A program made the translations under genes and the position numbers. A stretch of DNA of 64,000 bases from positions 96,001 to 160,000 of the forward strand of contig CAWGIE010000036.1 in NCBI GenBank assembly GCA_963822585.1, in the 5' to 3' direction. The notes below the pieces were generated by a model. The model worked only from the letters and a program-made list of their open reading frames with translations. It was not told the origin of the DNA and did no database searches. The stretch's first letter is position 1, and each line of letters opens with the position of its first letter. Positions 10,416 to 20,629 of this stretch are shown piece after piece. This DNA is from an uncultured bacterium. Its GTDB lineage: Bacteria; Auribacterota; Erginobacteria; Erginobacterales; Erginobacteraceae.

Positions 10416-11177
10416 ATGTATTATAATTTTTTAGTGTTTTTTATATTACTTAATGCTTCAAGCATGAAAGAAATAATTCCAATACTTAGAAATGATTTTA
10501 ATTCTATATATGGAATAGTAGATTGCTCTAACGAATTTCTTATTATTAAAAATGGTATTGCGATATATCCTGCGAAAGAATATGTCAATTTTAAAATTGA
10601 AATGGATATCCTAGACCATGAAGGATGCTGTTACGGCATTTTTGGATATACTGAATTATCAAATATTGATGTTGAGGAATTTTTCAATATCTTAAAATCA
10701 CAATCTTCCTTGGCAGATTATAATATATATGAATATGTAAGGTTTTGCATAATATATTATGATAAACAGTCACTCAAGAGAGAGAATTATCCCTTTGATG
10801 GCCATTCATATAAGGCAATCTGGATAGATAGATATAAAGAGACAGATAGATTTAATGAATCTGGTGATATAGTTAGAGGTTGTTGTATCGGAAGAGCTTC
10901 TTCATTTGCAGAGCCTGGATTAAAAAAAGATTGTTGGAATACTTTATCATTAACTTTCAATAATGGTTATCTACATAGTAGAATCAATAATTACGAGACA
11001 ACAAGTGCAAGTACATTCCCTAAAAAGAAGTTAAAAATAGGATTTGTGGCTTTCGGAGATCAGCCGATGAAATTTAAGAATATCCAAATAACCGAGTTGG
11101 CCGATTCGAAATCTTCCCCGAATACTCCAACTCCAATTGTGGAGGATTGGGGTCAAATCTTTCCTTTTGACAAATGA
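10416..11177 (+). CDS. Putative immunity protein, exported, probably beta-rich
   Basis: Immediately after the Rhs tip with a GGGAG SD; hydrophobic N-terminus; ends inside the junction linker (GQIFPFDK). Confidence 0.6.
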   Translation: MYYNFLVFFILLNASSMKEIIPILRNDFNSIYGIVDCSNEFLIIKNGIAIYPAKEYVNFKIEMDILDHEGCCYGIFGYTELSNIDVEEFFNILKSQSSLADYNIYEYVRFCIIYYDKQSLKRENYPFDGHSYKAIWIDRYKETDRFNESGDIVRGCCIGRASSFAEPGLKKDCWNTLSLTFNNGYLHSRINNYETTSASTFPKKKLKIGFVAFGDQPMKFKNIQITELADSKSSPNTPTPIVEDWGQIFPFDK

Positions 11178-11209
11178 TCTGCATTTTCAACATTCGATTT
11201 TAAACATTC
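11149..11209 (+). repeat. Module-junction linker, copy 2
   Basis: GGGGTCAAATCTTTCCTTTTGACAAATGATCTGCATTTTCAACATT, matching 8609..8670. Confidence 0.85.
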
Positions 11210-11254
11210 TTCTTCGGCGAGACGATCACTTATGAATACGACCTCATCAATCGA

Positions 11255-12866
11255 ATGACCAAGAAAACCATCCCCGGCGATCCGGACAAAGTGACCGATT
11301 ACGTTTATGACGATCTGGGCAGGATGACCTCCGTCACCGACGAGAACGGGACCATCGCCTATCTCTTTGATGACGCGAACCGGTTGCTCTCCGTGACGCT
11401 CCCCGATGATAAGACACTCGCTTATGAGTATGATTTGGTCGGGAACCGGACCAGGATAACTTACAGCGACGAGAGCTATGTGGATTACACCTACGACGCA
11501 CTGAACCGGATGGACCAGGTTATCGACCAGGAAGAGAATGTCCTGGCCGATTATTCCTACAATGCCGTGAGGCGCACCGGCCTTCAGTATCTGAATGGGA
11601 CTTCCGTGAGCTATGCTTACAATGACGCGAGCTGGGTCACGGCCCTGTTCAATACTCAGTCAGAACAAGGCGATATCTCATATTTCACGTACACCCACGA
11701 CGAGGCCGGAAACCGTCTGACCAATACCGCGAGCTGGGGAACACAAACCTATTACTATGATTGTGAGAACCAGCTTACCAAAGTGGTCAGAGACTCCGAT
11801 GGTGAAACGCTGGGAGAATACACATATGATCCATTCGGGAAGAGGATTCAGAAGATCACCAATGGCATCACAACCAACTATATCTATGACCAGAGCAGTT
11901 ATCAGGTAATAGCCGAGTATGAGGATGACGGGGAAGAGTTTGAGTTAGTGAGAGAATATATATATGGAGTAGGCATCGATGAGACGCTAATAATGGTGCA
12001 AGACGAAGAAAGATATTTCTATTACCAGGACGGTTTGTGGTCAGTAGTTGATTTAACCGACTATAATGGGAATACGCTTACATCATATGATTATACTGTT
12101 TATGGAGACTTCATGGTCTCCGGAACACTCTTAGATAATCCTTATACTTTTACTGGAAGAAGATATAATCCTGAATGTGAGTTATTCGATTACCGGACTA
12201 GGATTTACTCGGCGAAGATTGGAAGGTTTTTGCAAGTTGATCCAATTAGATATAAAGAAGGTTCTAATCTATATAACTATGTTAATAATATGCCTATTAA
12301 TTTGGTAGATCCTTTCGGATTAAGTAATACACCACCCCTTGATAATTGTAGTATTTTTATAATCTTTGCGCATTTACCAAGCAATTGGCAAATATATAGA
12401 GATCAATTAAAGGAACTACATAATCTATTTAATACAAGATCTGGTTGGCAAAAGAAGCACAGGGGTATTTTTTATTGGCTGTGGGATGATACTATTGAAC
12501 GATATGTTGGAAAAAGAATATCCTGAAAATTATGTTGCCACACCCGAATTTAAAAAAGCTACTACTTCAGTATTTGAATATCGCGGGGTAGATTATTATA
12601 CAAATAATTCAAAAAAAGATATTCCTGCAGATTTTCCTTACTATGATAAGCCAGAAAAAATAGATAAATATTTAGGGGGGCAATTTACTGATCTTGTTTT
12701 AACGGCAATAGAGTATGCTAAATCTTCTGTGCCTAAACGTTGTTCTGAACATTGTTGTAAAGAAGTACTAATAAATATATTATGTGGGGCTCCAGAGATA
12801 GAAGGTCGTAAATTAGATAAAAAAGGATTATGTGGGAAAACGATACATGTCCGGTGCCCACAATGA
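11255..12866 (+). CDS. Orphan Rhs module 4 (mosaic core; tip split by a frameshift at ~12410-12430)
   Basis: Core ends DPFGL. The frame of ORF 12486..12866 extends upstream (IQDLVGKRSTGVFFIGCG) and is the Cys-rich continuation of the tip. Confidence 0.8.
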
Positions 12867-12956
12867 ATAAATAATGAAAAATAAATCATACTTAGAAAAC
12901 AATATAAATAAATTACATCCGATTATCATGATGTTGATTATATTTTAATAATTATT

Positions 12957-14945
12957 GTGAACATAAATTTAGCGTACTCCTCGAATGAGGATCCAGTTTA
13001 CGGCAACGATGGAGATAATAAAATATTAATTGAGATATGGGGGGAGATAAAAAATTATGGGATATATTACATAGATAAGGATATGGGAGTAGCTAAGTTT
13101 GTGGAAAATGCCGGTATTTTACCAAATAGTCTATTATCCCAAGTTTTATTAAAACGTGAAATTGACAGAAAAAATGTTGAAACAATTATAAATGTGAGAA
13201 AAATTATCAACAATCCTTCGTTACCTGATATTCCTTTGAATGATGGTGACCTATTATATGTATTTTGGAACCTATGTGGCAATGACTCATCTGATACAGA
13301 ATATTTTTCCTTTATTCCAGATGAAGATGAATCAATTCAAGATACTTCGGAACTGATATTCCTTAGGTCCTATCCCAAAAATGCACCGTCGAGGTCTAAT
13401 TCGTGTTTTGATTATTATATGGAGATAACAAATAAAATATTAAAACCTCATCTGCCGTTTCCCACTCCGATTCCTATGACAGTAAGTTTGATTGATATGC
13501 ATCAGGGATATTATAAATTTAAAGGAAAGAGCTATCCCAGAGAAGTTAAAACAACAAATGCAGGGGTTGAAATGGTATTGATTGAACCGGGTGATCTTAT
13601 TGTAGATGATCATAGAGGTTGGGAAATTACACAATTGGGATGGGAACAAACAATAAGACAAGAATTTAAAATAACCCAACCATTTTATATTGGAAAGTAT
13701 GAAGTCAGTGTTGCCCAGTTTAATACGTTTATATCTGAAACAGGGTATAAGACTGACGCAGAACAAAAAGGATACGCTCTTAATTCAGTAAATAAAAAAA
13801 TTAAGGGTATGACTTGGAAAGACCCGGGATATCCTCAAGATAATAACGAGCCAGTAACATGTGTTAGTTGGAAAGATGCAGAAGCATTTTGCGCATGGAT
13901 AGGAGGGAGACTTCCTACAGAAATGGAATGGGAATATGCTTGTCGAGCAGGAACTACAACTAAATATTCGTTTGGTGATCGAATAACAACTAATCTAGCT
14001 AATTACAATGGCTCGATTACAGATTATTGGCATAACATGAAAAATAGAATATTTCGGAGAAAAACTATGCCAATTAATTCATTCAAGCCAAATTACTTCG
14101 GATTATATAACATACATGGTAATATTAGTGAGTGGTGTGTTGATTGGATCACTGATGAAATTCCACTATTACAATTGTGCGGAGGTTCTTGGAGAGATGC
14201 TTGGGATGCACTCGAATCATCATATGCAAGACGGGGAACTATTGCTGATAATGGAAATGATATAGGATTCCGTGTTGCATGTTCCATACAAGAAATGAAA
14301 AAGAATACGGAGCCACATATTGAATTCAAAGCAACTCCGGAATCGATAATAATTGTGGATAATAATTTTATTCTCAAAAATAATGGTCTGATTTATGGAA
14401 TAAATTCAGAGGATCCATTCACGGGAGAGAAAATTGAATATTACTCTAATGGCCAAAAGAAGTCGGAGATCGAATATCATAATGGAAAAATAGATGGACG
14501 TTCTATCAAATGGTATGAGAATGGCCAAAAGTCAGAAGAGGTGGCATGGCATAATAATAAAGAACATGGAAAGTATATCAAATGGTATCAGAATGGCCAG
14601 AAAGAGATTGAGATTAATAAACGTAATGGGCGGCTGAATGGGAAGGCATTACGGTGGAATGAGAATGGGCAGAAGTTGGAAGAGGCTAATTACCATGATG
14701 GCAAACGGCAAGGTAAGTTTAACATATGGTATGAGAATGGCCAAAAGTCCGAGGAAGGTGAGTGGCGTGACAACATTGAGCATGGAGAATGGACTTATTG
14801 GTATGAGAATGGACAAAAGAAAATGGAACGGGAATGGAATAAAGGAAAGTTAATTAGTATGAATTGCTGGGACGAAGACGGGAATTCGGTTAATTGTTAC
14901 GAATTGTTACGAACTGGATTAAGATCAATAAAAATAAAAAGATAG
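12957..14945 (+). CDS. Multidomain putative immunity protein: SLBB-like + FGE-sulfatase (SUMF1) + MORN-variant repeats
   Basis: IEIWGEIKNYGIY…DIPLNDGDLLYV (SLBB); FYIGKYEVSVAQF, PVTCVSWKDAEAFC, RLPTEMEWEYACRAG, GFRVA (FGE-sulfatase); repeated WYENGQKSEE (YwqK/MORN_2-like). Confidence 0.8.
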   Translation: MNINLAYSSNEDPVYGNDGDNKILIEIWGEIKNYGIYYIDKDMGVAKFVENAGILPNSLLSQVLLKREIDRKNVETIINVRKIINNPSLPDIPLNDGDLLYVFWNLCGNDSSDTEYFSFIPDEDESIQDTSELIFLRSYPKNAPSRSNSCFDYYMEITNKILKPHLPFPTPIPMTVSLIDMHQGYYKFKGKSYPREVKTTNAGVEMVLIEPGDLIVDDHRGWEITQLGWEQTIRQEFKITQPFYIGKYEVSVAQFNTFISETGYKTDAEQKGYALNSVNKKIKGMTWKDPGYPQDNNEPVTCVSWKDAEAFCAWIGGRLPTEMEWEYACRAGTTTKYSFGDRITTNLANYNGSITDYWHNMKNRIFRRKTMPINSFKPNYFGLYNIHGNISEWCVDWITDEIPLLQLCGGSWRDAWDALESSYARRGTIADNGNDIGFRVACSIQEMKKNTEPHIEFKATPESIIIVDNNFILKNNGLIYGINSEDPFTGEKIEYYSNGQKKSEIEYHNGKIDGRSIKWYENGQKSEEVAWHNNKEHGKYIKWYQNGQKEIEINKRNGRLNGKALRWNENGQKLEEANYHDGKRQGKFNIWYENGQKSEEGEWRDNIEHGEWTYWYENGQKKMEREWNKGKLISMNCWDEDGNSVNCYELLRTGLRSIKIKR

Positions 14946-15015
14946 CGGACGCCGGACGACCAAGACCTACCCCGACTCATCCACCGCCGATTTTACCTAT
15001 GATCACCTGGGAAGA

Positions 15016-16764
15016 ATGACGGCGGCGGAGAATGACAACGCGGAATATGCGTTCTACTACAACGATCTCAGTCAACTGACCGGGGTGGCGTTAAGTATCG
15101 GATCGGAGAGCTACGAGATCGATTATACCTATGATCTGGTCGGTAATAAAACATCGATTGAATATCCGTATGGTGGTACGTATACTCGGGTGTATGACGA
15201 TCTCAACCGGCTCGACCAGGTAAAAGAGGGTGCGGCCGTGCTTGCTGAATACAGCTACAATAATCTAAACCAGCGGACCCGCCGGGATTATCTTAACTCC
15301 ACCTGGACCTCATACTCATACAACGATGCCGGCTGGCTTACCGATCTCACCAACTGGCGTACTGAAACCGATATCATCTCAGAGTTTTCCTATACTCATG
15401 ATGATGTCGGCAACCGAACCACGATGACAACCGAGGACGGGACCCATACTTACAGCTACGATAAGATATACGAACTGACTGCCGTTAACTATCCCGCCGG
15501 GTCATCATTCTCCGATCAGACGTTCCATTACGACAGTGCCTGGAACCGCACCACCACGATTAATGGAGGAACGGAGGAATATCTCTCCAACAATCTCAAT
15601 CAATATACTGAAGTCGATGGAGTGACTTTCGATTATGATGATAACGGCAACTTAACTGACGATGGTACACAGACCTATTACTATGACTGCGAGAACCAGC
15701 TCACTAAAGTGGTCAGAAACTCCGATGGTGAGATGCTGGGAGAATACACATACGATCCGTTCGGCAAGAGAATCCAGAAAACCACCGATGATGTTACCAT
15801 TAACTACGTCTATGATCAGACCAGCTACCAGGTCATTGCCGAGTATGAGGATGAGGGGGGAAGTTTTGAGTTAGCGAGAGAATATATTTATGGAATCGGT
15901 ATTGATGAGCCTCTGATAATGGTTAAGAATGAAGAAAGATATTATTACTATCGAGATGGCTTAGGCTCTGTGGTTGGACTAATTGATTATGAGGGAAATA
16001 CAGTCAAAATGTATGATTACGCGGTTTATGGAGATTTTTCGTCATCAGGGACACTCTCAGGCAACCCTTACAATTTTACTGGCAGAAGATATGATCCAGA
16101 TTCTGGATTATTTTATTACCGGGCGAGGTATTACAGCCCGAAGGTGGGTAGGTTCTTGCAGACCGATCCCTTGCCGCATCATATGCTGTGTCTCTATCAA
16201 TATGTTAAAAATAATCCAATTAATTACCTAGACTGGAGTGGACTGCAGGGAGGAAAAGCAGATGTTTGTTGCGACGCAGATGAAATGGTCAGACAAATGC
16301 TACAAGATATGCTGGCACCAAGATTAAATATGGCAACCATTACGGCGAGCCTCCATGAAGGTTGTGCCCATGAAGCTGCTCGACAGGTGCAAGAACCAGT
16401 AACAAAAGATGGGAGCCCCCTAAGGCATTGTGTAACCTTATGCTTGATTGTAGGTGAATGTGGTGCATCCTTGGCTGAAGCAGAAGAGATCGGTAAGGAA
16501 TATGAACGCGGGACTGTTTATAAATATTTGGATAAGTGCAAGAATAAGGAAACTATTCTGCAGCGGATCGAATGTCAGTATGATTTATTGAAGGACACTC
16601 AGGCTGATCTTGTGGCTAATAGAGTTGGCGCACAATTAGGATCTGAGGGAGCTTCTAACTTAGAAGAATGTTTAGATGCCTGTTCGCCTTATTTCCCCAA
16701 TGAACCACAGCGCTATCCAGTAACGGAAGAGTTTATGGAAATGCTAAGTGCTTATAATAAATAG
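15016..16764 (+). CDS. Orphan Rhs module 5 (second core lineage); tip with RHC..C / D..AN..G motif
   Basis: YD repeats; core ends DWSGL. Tip has SPLRHCVTLC…DLVANRVG, resembling DUF6973/SAA-like tips. Confidence 0.88.
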   Translation: MTAAENDNAEYAFYYNDLSQLTGVALSIGSESYEIDYTYDLVGNKTSIEYPYGGTYTRVYDDLNRLDQVKEGAAVLAEYSYNNLNQRTRRDYLNSTWTSYSYNDAGWLTDLTNWRTETDIISEFSYTHDDVGNRTTMTTEDGTHTYSYDKIYELTAVNYPAGSSFSDQTFHYDSAWNRTTTINGGTEEYLSNNLNQYTEVDGVTFDYDDNGNLTDDGTQTYYYDCENQLTKVVRNSDGEMLGEYTYDPFGKRIQKTTDDVTINYVYDQTSYQVIAEYEDEGGSFELAREYIYGIGIDEPLIMVKNEERYYYYRDGLGSVVGLIDYEGNTVKMYDYAVYGDFSSSGTLSGNPYNFTGRRYDPDSGLFYYRARYYSPKVGRFLQTDPLPHHMLCLYQYVKNNPINYLDWSGLQGGKADVCCDADEMVRQMLQDMLAPRLNMATITASLHEGCAHEAARQVQEPVTKDGSPLRHCVTLCLIVGECGASLAEAEEIGKEYERGTVYKYLDKCKNKETILQRIECQYDLLKDTQADLVANRVGAQLGSEGASNLEECLDACSPYFPNEPQRYPVTEEFMEMLSAYNK

Positions 16765-16961
16765 ATTATCATGGCTTATTGATATTTATTTTAAACATTC
16801 GAATCAGGAGCCGTAGTGGCAACTGAGAATCGGGTATTATTTGAGTTTTATATTATTACAATGCATATAGTATGTGAATGATTACACAACAGTAACGTAC
16901 AAAAAAAGGGGCGACCATTGGCGAAGTTTCTAATCTCGATTGAATAGGGTGCCGCAAGGTA

Positions 16962-17873
16962 ATGAAAATGAAATTCACGATAACTTGTATATCAACAATT
17001 AAGTGCTTTTTAATCTCAATGTTTTTCATTATGGCGATGAAAATATATCCTGAAGACTCGAAAATATTACAAGATACAAGTGATGAAAACAAATTCGTGA
17101 TTCAGAATAATGAAACTGATAACACCATATTAAATGACTTCACCGAGATGGATTTGATAAATGCAGTTATAAACGGTGACAGCATAAAGTTGAAGTCATT
17201 TATAGCAGCGGGAGCTGACGTAAATCAATCGCTAGGTTATGCCCATAAAGGCGCCCAAACACTCCTGATGAAAGCGGCCAGCCTAGGGCAAAATGAAATA
17301 ATAAAAATTCTGCTGGAAGCAGGTGCTGATATTAATGCCAAAGATGATGCATTTTTTCCGAGTGATGATAATTTTGACCAGAATGGGAAAACGGCTTTTT
17401 TCTATGCGATCGATGGTGGCCATTATGAAACAGTGAAGCTATTTATCCAATTGGGTGTTGATGTTAATCAACAGAATAGAACTGGAGGGACGCCGATAAA
17501 TTATGCAGCCCATAATGGTTATGTCGATATAGTTGAGTTGCTAATAAAATCCGGAGCTAATGTGAACTGCCCTAAAAATGCTTCACCATTAACTATGGCC
17601 ATTCGTGGAAAACATGATGATGTTATCAAGCAACTAATAAAAGCCGGAGCAGATGTAAACATAAAGGGCGATTTCGGATTTCCTCCATTAATATTAGCTA
17701 GCTTCCTTGGGGATAAAGAAATTGTAAAATTATTAATACAATCCGGAGCGGACGTAAATATCAAAGATAACAAAGGAAATACAGCTTTAGGGGAGGCAAG
17801 AAAAAAAGGCTACGATGACATTGTTACCATTCTCCAAGAAGCTGGAGCTTTTGAACAAAGTAAATATAAGTAG
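16962..17873 (+). CDS. Ankyrin-repeat putative immunity protein
   Basis: Several ankyrin repeats (GTPINYAAHNGYVDIVELLIKSGANVN); hydrophobic N-terminus; downstream of the Rhs tip. Confidence 0.9.
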   Translation: MKMKFTITCISTIKCFLISMFFIMAMKIYPEDSKILQDTSDENKFVIQNNETDNTILNDFTEMDLINAVINGDSIKLKSFIAAGADVNQSLGYAHKGAQTLLMKAASLGQNEIIKILLEAGADINAKDDAFFPSDDNFDQNGKTAFFYAIDGGHYETVKLFIQLGVDVNQQNRTGGTPINYAAHNGYVDIVELLIKSGANVNCPKNASPLTMAIRGKHDDVIKQLIKAGADVNIKGDFGFPPLILASFLGDKEIVKLLIQSGADVNIKDNKGNTALGEARKKGYDDIVTILQEAGAFEQSKYK

Positions 17874-17974
17874 AATTTCAGCGCATAGGGTTCAAAAACT
17901 AACCTGGATAAAAAGTCGATATATTCACTCCTTACCGGCTAGTCTAGCAGAGAGTGAAAGTTCATAAGCTCAAA

Positions 17975-19508
17975 TCTCTATCACCAGGTAAAGTGGTTCG
18001 CCTGCACGGACAAGGACATCGGGGAAGGGTACACGGTGGGGTACGAGTACGACGCCGAGGGGAACCGGCTGGAGCTGGTCTATCCCTCCGGGTACCAGGT
18101 CTCGGCCACCTATGACGATCTCAACCGTCTCGACCAACTTACTGACCGGACCGCCGAGGTGATCGCCGACTACGATTATGACGCCATGCGCCGGACGGGC
18201 CTTACCCTTTCGAATGCCGGAGATGAGATTACCTTCACCAGCTATACTTATGACGATGCCAACGACAAGCCCGATCACCTGATCACGCTGGCTAACTGGA
18301 AGGCGGGGACCGACGTCTGCATTTCCCGCTTCGATTATACTTACGATAATGAGGGCAACCGCCTCACCATGGAGGTGGGCCCCGCCTGGGAACACCAGAC
18401 CGGTGAACATGAGTACGATTATGACGATATCTACCAGTTAACCGGAGCCGACTCACCTGATTCCTCCGCCTACAGCGACACCACCTTCACCTATGACAGC
18501 ACGGGGAACCGGCTGAAGGTCGCCTTCTCCGGCCAGAGTGACGTCTATGAGCCCAATGAACTTAATCAGTACGATGAGGTGGATGACGTGAGTACTCCAC
18601 GACGGCTACGGCAATCTCGCCAGTGACGGCGTCCAGACCTACTACTATACTTTGAGAACCGTTTGACCAGAGCCATCCGCAACTGCGACGGGCAGACCTT
18701 AGCCGAGTACGGCTACGATCCTTTCGGAAGAAGGGCGAGAAAGATCACCGACAACGGCTCCACCGTGGTAAACTATCTCTATGACGGCGCACAGGTGATC
18801 GAGGAACGGAACGGAGACTTCGAGCTGGAGAGGAGGTTTGTGTATGGGAGAGGGATCGACGAGCAGCTGACACTGTATGATGAGTCAAGTTCTGAAACAT
18901 ATTTTTATCAGAGAGACGGTATCGGTTCGGTTACCGAGTTAACGGATCACCAGGGAGACGTTGTCGAACATTACCGGTACTCGCCTTACGGGAAACGGAA
19001 GATATATGATTCGTCCTGGAATGAAATATCCTCATCCTCTGCCGGGAATCCGTATTATTTCACGGAGAGGAGATTCGATGAGGAGATCGGGCTCTATTAT
19101 TACCGGGCGAGGATGTATTCGGCTGAGATTGGGAGGTTTCTGCAGGTTGATCCGATTGGGTATTGGGATGATTATAATCTTTATCGATATTGCAGAAATA
19201 ATGTTATAAATTATGTAGATCCCACTGGTAAGGCAATAACGATACCACCATTGTTATTTTATCTCCTAATTCTGGCGGGTAAAGCATATTATTATTACAC
19301 TTTACCAACATGTGGCGATGGGGATGCTGCTACCACTTTTTGGACTCTATTGTGGGAACAAATAAAGCAGGCTGATTTGGAGATAAAAATTAAAGTCGTC
19401 CCTTCTAAGCATCCGGTTCCTAATGGACATATTGTTGATGAATGGAGTTATTACAACTATACCTCTCGTGGCAGAAAAGAATTTTTCGAAATATTATTAT
19501 CATATTAA
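17975..19508 (+). pseudogene. Orphan Rhs module 6 (third core lineage), frameshifted at ~18600-18660
   Basis: ORFs 18036..18626 and 18663..19508 are consecutive Rhs segments; core ends DPTGK. Confidence 0.8.
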
Positions 19509-19521
19509 TAATAAACATACT

Positions 19522-20070
19522 ATTACTGCCTAAAGGCGGTAGCTTTGAGCCACAACTGAAGCCGTTCTTGTTTAATTGTCAATCTTGAATTCGCCATCTG
19601 TAAGGGTTTTGCCTTGCTCCTCACTATACCTAATAATCACTTCGTCGGTGGAATTGCCCGAGCTGGCAACAAAATAGCTACGCCTCCAGAAATGACGACC
19701 CCAAAAGGTTCGATTCGGTCTTCTAAACTCAGATAACATCTTCCGTGAAGTCTTGCCTTTTAAGGATTGAACTAATTTACTAACGACAACATGTGGCGGA
19801 ACTAATACGAAAATGTGAACATGCTCTCTTGAGATGTCCCCTATAATTATTTCAACATCTTCGGATTTGCATATCTCCTGGATCAGTTCACGAACTCTTT
19901 CGGCGATCTCGCCTCGCAAGACCGGCTTTCGATATTTTATTATCGACACGACATGATACTTAATATCATAAACACTGTGACTCGATTTGCGATAGAGCTG
20001 CATATCGCAAGTCCTGAAGTCTTCGCCTAAAGGCGAGGGTTTTTCTCCCATTCCCTGTAGAGGACATTAA
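19522..20070 (-). mobile_element. IS200/IS605-family element carrying tnpA only
   Basis: Subterminal hairpins CTACTGCCTAAAGGCGGTAG-like (~19522-19541) and CTTCGCCTAAAGGCGAGG (~20020-20038) flank tnpA. Confidence 0.8.
19572..20003 (-). CDS. tnpA: IS200/IS605 Y1 (HUH) transposase
   Basis: HSVYDIKYHVV..KYRK, HUH motif EHVHIF, LKGKTSR, FWRRSYF, catalytic YxxxQ (RYSEEQ). Likely start is MQLYRK at 20003. Confidence 0.92.
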   Translation of the reverse strand: MQLYRKSSHSVYDIKYHVVSIIKYRKPVLRGEIAERVRELIQEICKSEDVEIIIGDISREHVHIFVLVPPHVVVSKLVQSLKGKTSRKMLSEFRRPNRTFWGRHFWRRSYFVASSGNSTDEVIIRYSEEQGKTLTDGEFKIDN

Positions 20071-20127
20071 AAGAGGATTATTGAATATAGTGAGAGTTGT
20101 AATATAATTAGTAAGGAGGAGAATACG

Positions 20128-20601
20128 ATGTATTTTTGGGATATACAATCTCTTAAAAATTCTTTTAAAAATGAATCATTCACTGAAATGGAATCTTTAA
20201 AATATCTTATAATTGCAATAATTATCTATTATTCTTCTTTTTTGGTTAATCCAGTTGGAATGGATTTTTGGATACTCTTATCTTATGCTTTCTTTGTACT
20301 TTTGAATATTTTGGGGGTAATTTATTGCTATAAAAAAAACAACGGAAAATTTGGTAAAGATTTCTTAAAAATTTTATTATCTTTAGGATTAGTTTTAATA
20401 ATTAGACTCACTGTACTATTTATTGTTCCATTTAGTATAATATTTTTTATAGTTATATCAACTATTGGTTTAATGAAGAAATATCCCACTTGGGATTTAT
20501 TATTTTTAACTGTAGTAATTACATCATATTATTATTGGAGAATGGGTATTCATATCCAGGAAATAGCGGACGATAGGAAATATAATAGAAAAGAAGAATA
20601 A
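20128..20601 (+). CDS. Four-TM membrane protein, putative immunity for module 6
   Basis: AAGGAGG SD; four hydrophobic helices; lies after the Rhs tip and IS; very AT-rich. Confidence 0.65.
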   Translation: MYFWDIQSLKNSFKNESFTEMESLKYLIIAIIIYYSSFLVNPVGMDFWILLSYAFFVLLNILGVIYCYKKNNGKFGKDFLKILLSLGLVLIIRLTVLFIVPFSIIFFIVISTIGLMKKYPTWDLLFLTVVITSYYYWRMGIHIQEIADDRKYNRKEE

Positions 20602-20629
20602 AAATTATGAAGTAGTATTGATAATCCGA

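Noticed and set aside
13560..14290. FGE-sulfatase (C-lectin fold) domain as a diversity-generating retroelement target
   Set aside because: No reverse transcriptase and no adenine-variant template repeat was seen in the window, and the domain is internal rather than C-terminal.
19572..20128. TnpB/IscB RNA-guided nuclease with the IS200/IS605 element
   Set aside because: The element is ~550 bp and holds only tnpA between its hairpins.
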